Made by a program: the position numbers and the translations under genes | Notes under the pieces: generated by a model | Database searches by the model: none | Told to the model about the DNA's origin: nothing | The model's input: the letters and a program-made list of their open reading frames with translations, nothing else | Assembly (NCBI GenBank): GCA_950097015.1 | Contig: CATNEN010000034.1 | Location: forward strand, 6,510,001 to 6,574,000 | Reading direction: 5' to 3' | DNA: 64,000 nt | From: Macrostomum hystrix | Taxonomy: Eukaryota > Animalia > Platyhelminthes | Shown here: piece after piece, positions 38,242 to 49,918 of the stretch | How positions within the stretch are numbered: the first letter of the stretch is position 1 | Layout: every line of letters starts with the position of its first letter

Positions 38242-41200
38242 ATGCATTCGTCAACTAATTACAATGACCATCTAAAGCTCGCTGTGCGGCAGAGACGCGA
38301 CGCGGTTGCTAGGGAGATCGACGCTTGGCGCAGGGAGCGGCAGCGACTGCAGGCGGTCATCGAGGCGCTGCCAGCGGCTACTTCGCTGCGGGAGCTGCGC
38401 GACGCCGAAGCTGCGCTGGATGAGGCGCTCGGGGCGCAGGTAGGCTGGGCCACCGGCTGCTTCTGGGATGAGGCCGAGGCGGAGTCGGCGGCGCGCGACC
38501 TGCTGCACCTTCTGGGACAGGGAAGCACTTCTGGCTCCTCTGAGCTGACCGGTGGGTCACCTCAGGCTGATTCAGCAGCTGGTCCGCCACCTCAGGCTGA
38601 TTCAGCAGCTGGTCCGCCACCTCAGGCTGATTCAGCAGCTGGTCCATCACCTCACGCTGATTCAGCAGCCGGTCCGTCACCCCAGGTAGCACCCGCTGCC
38701 TCATCAGCTAAGACTGTATCAGCAAGTCATCCTGTGCTGGTCGCACCGTCATCCTCGAATGAGTATCTTTCTGCGGCCTGCCTTTATAATCGCGGCTTCG
38801 TTGTCAACTTGTCGCCCAGTTCGATTAGCATTTTCAATTCGCAAAATAAGTGCGTCGGCAGCCTGCAAGTTATTGACAATTGCGGTTCCCAGCTGACTTT
38901 GCAGCCACATATGATTCGAGTGTGCACTGTACGCCACCTACTTATCATCGTCGACCAGGCTAACAAAACCGTGACGGTCTGCCAGCCAAACGGCCAGCTT
39001 TGCTTTCAAGTTGGACCAAAGTTCAGCTGCAGGTAATTAAATAATTTTTTTGTTGATTACTTCTGAGCACTCCATCTCCTCAGTCCCAGCTCTCCATCTC
39101 CTCAGTCCCAGCTCTCCTTCTCCTCAGTCCCAGCACTCCATCTCCTCAGTCCCAGCTCTCCATCTCCTCAGTCCCAGCTCTCCATCTCCTCAGTCCCAGC
39201 TCTCCATCTCCTCAGTCCCAGCTCTCCATCTCCTCAGTCCCAGCACTCCATCTCCTCAGTCCCAGCTCTCCATCTCCTCAGTCCCAGCTCTCCATCTCCT
39301 CAGTCCCAGCACTCCATCTCCTCAGTCCCAGCACTCCATCTCCTCAGTCCCAGCTCTCCATCTCCTCAGTCCCAGCTCTCCATCTCCTCAGTCCCAGCAC
39401 TCCATCTCCTCAGTCCCAGCACTCCATCTCCTCAGTCCCAGCACTCCATCTCCTCAGTCCCAGCACTCCATCTCCTCAGTCCCAGCTCTCCATCTCCTCA
39501 GTCCCAGCTCTCCATCTCCTCAGTCCCAGCTCTCCATCTCCTCAGTCCCAGCACTCCATCTCCTCAGTCCCAGCACTCCATCTCCTCAGTCCCAGCTCTC
39601 CATCTCCTCAGTCCCAGCACTCCATCTCCTCAGTCCCAGCACTCCATCTCCTCAGTCCCAGCACTCCATCTCCTCAGTCCCAGCTCTCCATCTCCTCAGT
39701 CCCAGCTCTCCATCTCCTCAGTCCCAGCTCTCCATCTCCTCAGTCCCAGCTCTCCATCTCCTCAGTCCCAGCTCTCTATCTCCTCAGTCCCAGCTTCCCA
39801 GCCCACTGATGCATCCCTTTTCCACGCCCCCAGCTACAGCATGCATAGCGTGGATGACGCAATCAGCACTGGCAGGCTGCTCACCATCTGCTGCTCAGAC
39901 CGAGGCATTCTGTTTGTCTCTCTGTCGCAGCCGTCCACCTGGAAGACGGTGGTTCAAAAGGGCCTCGGCAACGACCTGAAGTGTCCAGTCCGTCTGGCCT
40001 GGAGCAGCAGGCGCAGGTGGCTCATTGTGCTGGATAAAGTCGGCCAGCGGTCCTACAGGCTTTGCGCATTCAAAGTGACTGAGAAGAGAATCGCAGCCTC
40101 TCTCACCCTGACTGCTGCTCATCCTGAGCTACTCCAGTCTCTGAGCAGACCGTGCGTGCTGACCAGCGATGAGGGAATTCTCATCTCACAGCTGACTAGT
40201 GACGACTCGAGGATTCTGTGCTTGAGCAGCGACTGCTCAGGAATTGTGCGCACAGTCCGCCTGAGCAGCCGCAGTCCCATCACGGACCTTTGCTGGCTGG
40301 GCGACTTGCTCTGTGTGTGCGACGGCCGGGGCTTGGACACTCCCCGGGCTGTGGGCGGCCTTCACCCCGAGAAGTGAGTGATCCCGATTGTCAACCAGAT
40401 TGTGTGGAGCTAAAGAGCTAGAGCTAGACTCAACAGCCAATCCCCGCGCCAGTCGGGTAGTCACCAAGGCAAGACTGGTTTGCACCAAAGCCTGTGGAGT
40501 GAAAACCTGCGTAGAGCTGATAAGCAAAAAATTGTTGGTGCGGACAGAGAGAAAGAGAGAAAGCTGGAGTCCCAGCCAATCAGACTCGACGCACAGGCAC
40601 AAAGAATGGGTAGGACTCAGGCCGACTAACCATACGCCATGAATTCGCAGAGCTGTCAACCCGGTGCCAGCATCGGCCGCCAGCAGCGGGCGCAGCGAAT
40701 CAGTTGCGGAATTTCTCGAAGCCCAGTCGGTGCTGGCTTTCAACTCACCTGAGCAGCCGAAGTCTGCCGGGTTTCTATCTGGCCGCGGCTTTGTCTTTGT
40801 CCAGCCGTCGCGAACAATTCACGTCTTCGATTCTGTGCGGGCTCAGCAGGTCAGCTCCGAGCTGGCGCTGGCGCAGCCGTTCGCGGCCGATTGTCGAATT
40901 CGGGTGTGTCGGTCGCGCCGCTTGGTGTTTGTCATCGACCAGGCGGCCTGCACGGTGCACGTCTGCCAGGCCGATGGCAGTCTCAGCTATCTTGTGGGGC
41001 CCAAATTCAGTGACGCGTATGTACTTTTATATTTATGTTCTGCCTCGAATCCCGCTCCAAGGGATTTTATGTATCGCTCGATCTCTGTCAGGTACTTGCT
41101 AGAGCAGCCCGAGGATGCGGTCAGTACAGGCGAGCTGCTGGTCATCTGCAGTCCGAAGTTCGCACTCTACATGTTGTCAATTAGCCAGCCCAAGCAATGG

Positions 41201-44200
41201 CGAACCACCTTGAAGAAGAGCCGCTTCAAGATGTCGAGCCCTGTGCGACTGGCCTGGCTGGCTAGTCGCAAGTGGCTCATTGTGGCGGACGAGATTTCTG
41301 CTCCTAGCAGCAGCGGAGGCCAGCCCGGTGCCTACAAAGTCCTGGCCTTCCTAATCTCAGTGACAAAGACCGAGGCCGTCCTGACTCCGCAGGGTTCGCC
41401 GGCTGGTGGAGCAATCCTAACGTCTTTGAGTCGGCCGAATCTGCTGTGCGGTCGTGAGTGTCTCCTGATGAGTTTAGACCAGCCGGGTGGCTCAGTGATT
41501 CTCATGCTTACTGGCGATGGCTGCGACACTGTGCAACAATTCCGCGTCTTGGGCCCCACCCTGACTGACTTGTTCTGGTGGCGCCGAGAGCTGGCTTGCT
41601 GTCAGGGCGAGGCATTGCGGTTGTGGCCGGATGTTGATTATGAAAAGTGAGTTTCGATAATTTGATCGTTTGTAGCGCGGTGGTTTGAGCTTCGGCCTTC
41701 TAACTGAAAAGTCGGGAGTTCGAACCTCAGCCCCAATGAGACCATTTGTGGGTCCTTGAGATCAGACACTTGATTTCCTTGTGAATAAGTTTCATCTCGC
41801 TATAAAATGAGTACTCAGCCTGTTCTGGGGTAACTCCTCCAGTTGCAGCAGTTTCACACCGCCAGCAGCCGCTGCGGCAAAGCGGGCAGCTCCGCCACCA
41901 CCGCCGCCTCCGCCGCCATCTCCGGCGCGGTCAGAACCTAGGCCGTTGCAGCTGGTGGCTGTGTCAGTCGCCAGTCTGTCCGACAAGCTTTTCATCGTGG
42001 ACCCGCTGTCCGGAGCTGTCCACGTGTCCGACTTTGACGGCGGATGCGCCGTCAAACTGACGGTGACAAAGGCCAACGGTGCGGCCGAACTCAGCTGCCT
42101 TCAGGTGGCTCTTGTTCGAGCCTGCAGAGAGCCTGATTCTGTCATCCTGCTGGACCAAGCGGCCAGGCTTGTCTGCGTCTGCTGTGCCAACAATGGCCGG
42201 CTTCTGTTTTCCGTTGGGCCGCGGTTTAGCTGCAAGTGAGCCCAGCCTTCTTGGTCTGCATCTTTGCTCAATAATAATAATTTCAGTAGGGCTGTGAGCA
42301 CTCGCACATCACTTGGTTATAGAAAACCCGCAGACAGCGAGTAGGCAATTCTGCCAATTCCACCGAATCCTGAGCACACACAGTTGTGTACATAAGTTGC
42401 TCAAAAGATCGCCTTCGTAAAGGCCATCGCGATGAGATTATTAGCATATTCAGAAAAGTTTCTCTTGCTTTGGGGATATCGACAGCTAAGGGCAAGTCCT
42501 GTAAAAGGTTAAATTTGCAAAATTTGCTATCTGGGGGATAATTTAACCGTTTTGGCGGCTCTGGCCAACTTTTTCAGAGGGCATTATTAAGTAGTTTGTC
42601 AACAATTGGGATTTTCTCATTCTGGCGTACAAATAAGTTATAAACAACTGAGGTTGCTCCTATCTCCAAGATGTCACTCCAAAAGACCAACTGCTCCTAG
42701 TTCCTAGATATCACTCCAAAAGACCAACTGCTCCTAGTTCCTAGATGTCACTCCAAAAGACCAACTGCTCCTAGTTCCTAGATATCACTCCAAAAGACCA
42801 ACTGCTCCTAGTTCCTAAATATCACTCCAAAAGACGAACTGCTAGCTCCTAGATGTCACTCCAAAAGGCCAACTGCTCCTAGTTCCTAAATATCACTCCA
42901 AAAGACCAACTGCTAGCTCCTAGATGTCACTCCAAAAGACCAACTGCTCCTAGTTCCTAGATGTCACTCCAAAAGGCCAACTGCTCCTAGTTCCTAAATA
43001 TCACTCCAAAAGACGAACTGCTAGCTCCTAGATGTCACTCCAAAAGACCAACTGCTCCTACGAGTAGTTCCTAGATGTCACTCTAAAAGACCAACTGCTA
43101 GCTCCTAGATGTCACTCCAAAAGACCAACTGCTCCTAGCTCCTAGATGTCACTCCAAAAGATCAACTGCTCCTAGTTCCTAGATGTCACTCCAAAAGACC
43201 AACTGCTCCTAGTTCCTAGATGTCACTCCAAAAGACCAACTGCTCCTAGTTCCTAAATATCACTCCAAAAGACGAACTGCTAGCTCCTAGATGTCACTCC
43301 AAAAGACCAACTGCTCCTACGAGTAGTTCCTAGATGTCACTCTAAAAGACCAACTGCTAGCTCCTAGATGTCACTCTAAAAGACCAACTGCTAGCTCCTA
43401 GATGTCACTCCAAAAGACCAACTGCTCCTAGCTCCTAGATGTCACTCCAAAAGACCAACTGCTCCTAGTTCCTAGATATCACTCCAAAAGACCAACTGCT
43501 CCTAGTTCCTAAATATCACTCCAAAAGACGAACTGCTAGCTCCTAGATGTCACTCCAAAAGACCAACTGCTCCTAGCTCCTAGATGTCACTCCAAAAGAT
43601 CAACTGCTCCTAGTTCCTAGATGTCACTCTAAAAGACCAACTGCCAGCTCCTAGATGTCACTCTAAAAGACCAACTGCTCCTAGTTCCTAGATATCACTC
43701 CAAAAGACCAACTGCTCCTAGTTCCTAGATGTCACTCCAAAAGACCAACTGCCAGCTCCTAGATATCACTTCAAATGACCAACTGCTAGCTGCTAGCTCC
43801 TAGATGTCACTATTAATTTTACTGAACGCTACGGACCTTAATAAGCTCTCCTAAGTTCACTAATGCGTTACCGAACATCTCTGGTTGCAGTTTCTCGTTA
43901 CCAAAGCCGTCGGACGCAATCAGCGCTGGCAAACTGTTGATCATTTGCTCGCCAAAGTCCGGCCTCTTCTTTGTGTCCAGGGCAAAGCCCTCGAAATGGC
44001 GGACCACAGTCACAAAGGAGCGCAATAAACTGGTCAGGCCGACACGACTGGCATGGAGTGATTCGCGCGAGCTGCTCATTGTTGTTGATGAGGTGGCTGC
44101 CAATAGGTACACTGTGAGCACATTCAAGATTCTCACAAACCTAACGTCCGCTACGCTTAAGCTGCAGTCAGGTCCAAGCGATCCCGTCAGCTCCCTGACT

Positions 44201-44413
44201 GTGCCCAGCGTGCTGAGCTGCGCCGGTGGCGATGCCATTCTGCTTGCTGTCAGCATCAAAGATGGGCCTCGACTGCTGACTATGTCTGCTGACACCTGCT
44301 CAACTGTCAGCCAGGTGGACTGCCGCCTGCCCGCCCGCGGCACTGTGACAGACATGTGCTGGGCAGGACAGCAGCTGCGGCTGTGCTGCGATGGGCATGT
44401 TGTTTCGGGTTGA
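38242..44413 (+). CDS. Coiled-coil + three degenerate NHL-like propeller modules (gene CDE); exons 38242-38551, 38690-39032, 39834-40373, 40651-41016, 41092-41646, 41843-42235, 43891-44413
   Basis: Paralogous to gene AB. Introns after 39032 are all GT/AG phase 2 and in frame. The first intron (GTGGGT..AG, phase 1) is inferred from the copy at 48702-48875 and could alternatively be read through. Confidence 0.72.
39062..39800. repeat. 22-bp intronic minisatellite (CTCCATCTCCTCAGTCCCAGCW)
   Basis: Intron of gene CDE; source of the 309-aa repeat ORF. Confidence 0.97.
41680..41820 (+). mobile_element. tRNA-derived SINE fragment in a CDE intron
   Basis: A-box-like TAGCGCGGTGG and B-box GAGTTCGAACC followed by a non-tRNA tail. 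Confidence 0.5.
42655..43812. repeat. 33/37-bp intronic minisatellite (GATGTCACTCCAAAAGACCAACTGCTCCTAGTTCCTA)
   Basis: Last intron of gene CDE. Confidence 0.97.
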
Positions 44414-44489
44414 TGATCGGCCCGCTTTCATTGGGCGATAGTAGCTCCATCCTCTCATTCTGAGATCTTCCTGGCATTTCAGATCCTTA

Positions 44490-44860
44490 GCAGTAATCCT
44501 TCCAGATCCTCAGACTGAGCAGCCGTGCTCCCAGATCCTAACACTGAGCAGCCATGTCCCAGATCCTCAGACTGAGCAGCCATTGTCCCAGATCCTCAGA
44601 CTGAGCAGCCGTGCTCCCAGATCCTCAGACTGAGCAGCCATCCTCCCAGATCCTCAGACTGAGCAGCCATCCTCCCAGATCCTCAGACTGAACAGCCATC
44701 CTCCCAGATCCTCAGACTGAGCAGCCATCCTCCCAGATCCTCAGACTGAGCAGCCATCCTCCCAGATCCTCAGACTGAGCAGCCATTCTCCCAGATCCTC
44801 AGACTGAGCAGCCGTGCTCCCAGATCCTCAGACTGAGCAGCCATCCTCCCAGATCCTCAG
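44490..44860. repeat. 29-bp minisatellite (CAGATCCTCAGACTGAGCAGCCATCCTCC)
   Basis: Tandem array just 3' of the gene CDE stop. Confidence 0.95.
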
Positions 44861-45290
44861 CTTAGGACATCATTCCATCGCACATCCTCAGATTAGCCTT
44901 CATTGTTGTAGAATTTTTTAGCCTATGCATATTGGCTTGCTTTGAACAGTAAAATTTTTTAATTGTAAACACTGGCTGTTTTTACTTTACTATATTTTTT
45001 ATTTTTTTTATTTATTTATCATTATTTATATTTATATTGTATTTATTTATTCTTTATTATTTTTATTTACTTTACTTTACTTTACTATACTAAGCTGAAA
45101 AAATACAGTTAAAAAATTGTGAGCGTTGAAGCTTGTTCGTATTCGGGATTTGCAAAAGTAACAGCTCTCATAACTATGAAGTCTTGGTTAAATTAATTTT
45201 TTTATCCTTTCTATCCTATGCTGGCCTGGCATCGCATTAATCGTGAAATTGCAAGCAGAGCTAAAGCTTCTGTCTTTCATGAAATCTGCC

Positions 45291-48200
45291 TGTTGTGGCG
45301 GAATGTTTACATTTCTCTCCCTCTGTGCTAGCCTTTTCTTGCTCTCCCTAAAATGTGCGTGCAGCTCCTGTCCCGCATGTACATGTATGTACATGCCGGG
45401 GCTCTGGCCTACCCCGTCTATGTCCCTCAATTCATTGCATGGCCGGTGCCTCCAAATCGATGGTTATTTAATAAAGTGAAGGTCGGGCGTGTTTTTTAAC
45501 ACTCAAACAAAATGAGAATTGAGTTGACTCGCTTCAGTTCAACCACATTGGCTCTCGTGATCACGCATTCACTAAGCTGTGCGGACTGTTTGAGTTGCAT
45601 TCAATTGACTTTTTGTTCCATTTATTCTGTTTATCGTGTGTCGATATTTATTTTAATTTTTGCATACTTTTAGGCTTGCCAATCGATCAATAATTTCTTT
45701 TACAAAAGTTCTTTGAGCATGTTTTAAGACGAGCTGTTAGTCTTGATTCGGCTAGCGGAGACAAAGAAGGCTGAGCTGGAAAAGGTGGATGATAAGCAGC
45801 TTCTCAGGGAGTTTGTGACGGATGAGGGTGAACCGACAGACAAGCTGCAAGAAGAAACTGAGAAGTGCGACGAGTACATGCTCGAGCTCGAGAAAACAGT
45901 GGCAGGCCTAGAGCGAATTCGAGAGAAGAAATGGATGCCGACATCCTATTCTCCGATTTGGACTGGATCCAAGGTGCTAGCGGTGGCGGCTGATGGCAAG
46001 TCAGTGAATCTGCCGAAGCTGAGCCTGCCCATCTTTGATGGCAGTGACCCGACACAGTGGCCGAATTTCACCTCGCAGTTCAATTCAGCCATTCATCAGA
46101 ATATGAGTCTCCTAGAATATGAACACAACGTAGTTCAGCACTTCATAAAAAAGCTCGAGTCAGTCCGATGCGCGCCAGATTCAATAGCAGCTCTGGGATT
46201 TTTTGACGTAGTTAGATCAAGCTTTCGAGTTCTGCAGACTCTTGGTGTTAGCACACACAATTATGAAGTCCTTTCTAGTTCTGTCCGAGCTGTCTTGCGC
46301 TCCGTCCTAGCGAAAACTTACGGACGAGTGCCTACTCTAGAAAGTTTCTTAGATGCACTCGACGACGAGATTAAGCTCCGCGAGCGCTGCACACTCAGCG
46401 CAAGTAACCAAGGCGATCAGAACCGTCAGTCTCCGGAGATCCGCAGCTCTGTCTCAGGAGCCCATAGAGTCTCTCAAGGAAGAGAACGACCGTGCTTCTG
46501 CTGTCTGCGTCCTAATCACATGGCCTTTGAATGCCGATCGAAGAGAGCATGTCGCCACTGCGATAAAACACACCATTCAAGCATCTGCCTGACCGCGCAC
46601 TCAGGAATCGGACTGACCGCGAATTCCACTAAGAAGAAGGCTAAAACAGAGTCCATCGTCCAAGAGAAGGCAGCAACTTCTAACGGCAGTAGCACAACGA
46701 CAGTGGTCGCAACTTTCCAAAGAGGGCCAGTCCTTCATCGTCCACCCCAATCGTGCCGTGATCATGCCGACTGCCAAATGCATTATTATCAGCTCCGATG
46801 GACAATCCGAAATGCTTGGTCCGCGTGCTAGTCGACACTGCAAGCAATAAAACCTACATCAGGCAAGACTTAAGCCAGCGTTTGTGGCAACAGAAGTACT
46901 CCGCCGCAAGGAGAATCAGCTGGTCATTCATTCCGGAGCGGGCCCCGTGGATGGGGGGCTTTTATGAGCGTCTAGTAGGTGTCGTGAAAGCAGCGTTTAA
47001 GAAGACCATCGGCAAGGCTTTCCTCGCTCTGGACGAGTCATAGATCCTAAAATAATTCGTATTTATTTTAGTATTTCGTATTTTAGTTATTTTAGTATCT
47101 ATGGGACGAGTTGGCTACAGTTGTGTGCGAGATGGAAGCAGTTGTTAATTCTCGGCCGCTCGGTTTCGTCTCCTCAGAAGCACATGCCGAAGTGACCACC
47201 CCGAGCCACTTTCCTGGTGCTCCAGCGGCTGACCAGAGGACCAGACGCCACTCCGGAGATTCCGTCAGTTTTGCCGCTGCCAGAGGGTTGAAACGATTGC
47301 GACAGACGCTGAACAATTTCTGGCAAGAGTTCCTGAATGAGTACATCTTGACTCTTAGAGAGCGGTCAGTCAGAGAAGCGCGAACCTCCAATCATGAAGT
47401 TAAACTCGTAGACGTGCTGCTTCTTACTTCCGTCGGCCGGCGGCATCGCTGGTGCCTCTAAAGGTGTAGCTCATCGTGTGCCCCGTCTCTGGCCTCGTTT
47501 CGTCTTTTCTCTCTTTGTCCCGCTCCGATTCCGCTCATTCTTGCCTGTTTCCCAGTCTCCTGCTCATTACTCTACTCTCCGTCTATACTCATTTTGTTCA
47601 TTTGTTCTCAAACACATTAATTTCACTTCTCTAATCGTTAATGATTGTCCTCGGTGAATGGCTAATCGTTAATGATTGTCCTCGGTGAATGGCTAATCGT
47701 TAATCATTGTCCTCGGTGAATGGCTAATCGTTAATGATTGTCCTCGGTGAATGGCTAATCGTTAATGATTGTCCTCGGTGAATGGCTAATCGTTAATGAT
47801 TGTCCTCGGTGAATGGCTAATCGTTAATGATTGTCCTCGGTGAATGGCTAATCGTTAATGATTGTCCTCGGTGAATGGCTAATCGTTAATGATTGTCCTC
47901 GGTGAATGGCTAATCGTTAATCATTGTCCTCGGTGAATGGCTAATCGTTAATGATTGTCCTCGGTGAATGGCTAATCGTTAATGATTGTCCTCGGTGAAT
48001 GGCTAATCGTTAATGATTGTCCTCGGTGAATGGCTAAGCGTTAATTTTTCGCCAAATGGCCTGTTATTTTTTGTTTCACTTATTCACAATTTGCTGTTGC
48101 GGATTTTCATAAAACTAGCCTTTTCTTGCTCTCCCTACAATGTGCGTGCAGCTCCTGTGCCGTATGTACATCATGTATGTACATGCCAGAGCTCTGGCCT

Positions 48201-48364
48201 GCCCCGTCTAAGTCTCTCAATTTATTGCATGACCGGTGCCTCCAAAGCGATGGTTATTTAATAAAGTGAAGGTCAGGCGTGTTGGCACTAAAACTTGTTC
48301 CGTGCCTGTTTTTTCAACACTCAAACAATTGAGAATTGAGTTGCCTCGCTTCAGTTCAACCACA
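45291..48364 (+). mobile_element. Internally deleted BEL/Pao LTR retrotransposon (LTRs about 45291-45547 and 48095-48364)
   Basis: Direct repeats both end TTCAGTTCAACCACA, with TGG PBS-like start at 45549. Gag DUF1759-like PKLSLPIFDG, BEL-type knuckles (CFCCLRPNHMAFEC, CRHCDKTHHSSIC), protease-like LVDTASNKTYI, integrase WSFIPERAPWMGGFYERLV and VVNSRPL, and FWQEFLNEY. RT/RNaseH absent; no convincing TSD. Confidence 0.88.
47630..48040. repeat. 31-bp minisatellite inside the BEL element (GTTAATGATTGTCCTCGGTGAATGGCTAATC)
   Basis: Tandem array between the integrase remnant and the 3' LTR. Confidence 0.96.
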
Positions 48365-48400
48365 CCTATCTTTCAGCCTGAAAATTCCTGTCCAATTATT

Positions 48401-49188
48401 ATGGCCAGCTTTTGCGACCATCTGAAGCTCGCTGTGCGCCAGAGACGCGACGCGGTTGCTAGGGAGATCGACGCTTGGCGCAGGGAGCGGCAGCGACTGC
48501 AGGCGGTCATCGAGGCGCTGCCAGCGGCTACTTCGCTGCGGGAGCTGCGCGACGCCGAAGCTGCGCTGGATGAGGCGCTCGGGGCGCAGGGAGGCTGGGC
48601 CACCGGCTGCTTCTGGGATGAGGCCGAGGCGGAGTCGGCGGCGCGCGACCTGCTGCACCTTCTGGGACAGGGAAGCACTTCTGGCTCCTCTAAGCTGACC
48701 GGTGGGTCACCTCAGGCTGATTCAGCAGCTGGTCCGCCACCTCAGGCTGATTCAGCAGCTGGTCCATCACCTCAGGCTGATTCAGCAGCTGGTCCATCAC
48801 CTCAGGCTGATTCAGCAGCTGGTCCGTCACCGCAGGCTGATTTTACAGCCAGCTCATCCGCCTAGTCTCTTTTAGACGCAGAATTGTCAGTCCAGTCTAC
48901 CTCATCATCCGCTCAATCGTCTGCCACTGATGCAATATCAGCCGCTTGTCTGTCCGATCTGCTTGCTCTACTTGATTTCGCGCCAGTCCGAATTCCCGTG
49001 TGCAATCCACAGGGAGACAAGCTGCGCGAGTTCAACGTGATCAAGTCCAACGGGTCCTGGCTGCCCATGCAAGCCCACCGTATTCAGGTGTGCCATGAGC
49101 GTCAACTGCTGATCGTTTCAGACCAGTCCTCAAAGACTGTCACTGTCTGTCGGCCTGAGGGTAGACTTTGCTTTCAAATTGGACCACA
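48401..49188 (+). pseudogene. Truncated third propeller-family gene (F): exons 48401-48701 and 48876-49188; no second propeller exon found
   Basis: First exon differs from 38266-38551 at only 4 of 286 positions by my count. Second exon is a divergent X-type propeller exon ending at a GTGAGT donor (49189). No downstream DAxSTG exon seen in the window. Confidence 0.6.
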
Positions 49189-49194
49189 GTGAGT

Positions 49195-49918
49195 GCCTGT
49201 CAGTGTTGATGCGACAGGCTTTCTGTCAGTGTTGATGTGACGGACTTCTGTCAGTGTTGATATGAGATGTGACAGACTTCTGTCAGTGTTGATATGAGAT
49301 GTGACAGACTTCTGTCAGTGTTGATATGAGATGTGACAGACTTCTGTCAGTGTTGATATGAGATGTGACAGACTTCTGTCAGTGTAGTAGGTGACAGCTA
49401 GTCTGTAGGCTGATGTGACAGGCTTCTGTCAGTGTAGTAGGTGACAGCTAGTCTGTAGGCTGATGTGACAGACTTCTGTCAGTGTAGTAGGTGACAGCTA
49501 GTCTGTAGGCTGATGTGACAGGCTTCTGTCAGTGTAGTAGGTGACAGCTAGTCTGTAGGCTGATGTGACAGGCTTCTGTCAGTGTAGTAGGTGACAGCTA
49601 GTCTGTAGGCTGATGTGACAGGCTTCTGTCAGTGTAGTAGGTGACAGCTAGTCTGTAGGCTGATGTGACAGGCTTCTGTCAGTGTAGTAGGTGACAGCTA
49701 GTCTGTAGACTGATGTGACAGGCTTCTGTCAGTGTAGTAGGTGACAGCTAGTCTGTAGGCTGATGTGACAGGCTTCTGTCAGTGTAGTAGGTGACAGCTA
49801 GTCTGTAGGCTGATGTGACAGGCTTCTGTCAGTGTAGTAGGTGACAGCTAGTCTGTAGGCTGATGTGACAGGCTTCTGTCAGTGTAGTAGGTGACAGCTA
49901 GTCTGTAGACTGATGTAG
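49195..49918. repeat. Composite 32-bp / 50-bp minisatellite containing the hairpin TGACAGRCTTCTGTCA
   Basis: Starts a few nt after the gene F donor. Confidence 0.96.

Noticed and set aside
34090-41650. Treating ORFs 34090..34611, 39841..40377 and 40664..41650 as complete separate genes
   Set aside because: Their stop codons overlap GTGAGT donors with phase-compatible downstream acceptors, and 40664..41650 reads through a 75-nt intron.
1316-41820. tRNA-like segments at about 1320, 21855, 23860 and 41685 as tRNA genes
   Set aside because: A/B boxes are present but I could not fold an acceptor stem; they run into shared SINE bodies.
45215-48369. CCTA(T) as the TSD of the BEL element
   Set aside because: It would need an LTR start at 45219, where the two LTR copies do not align.
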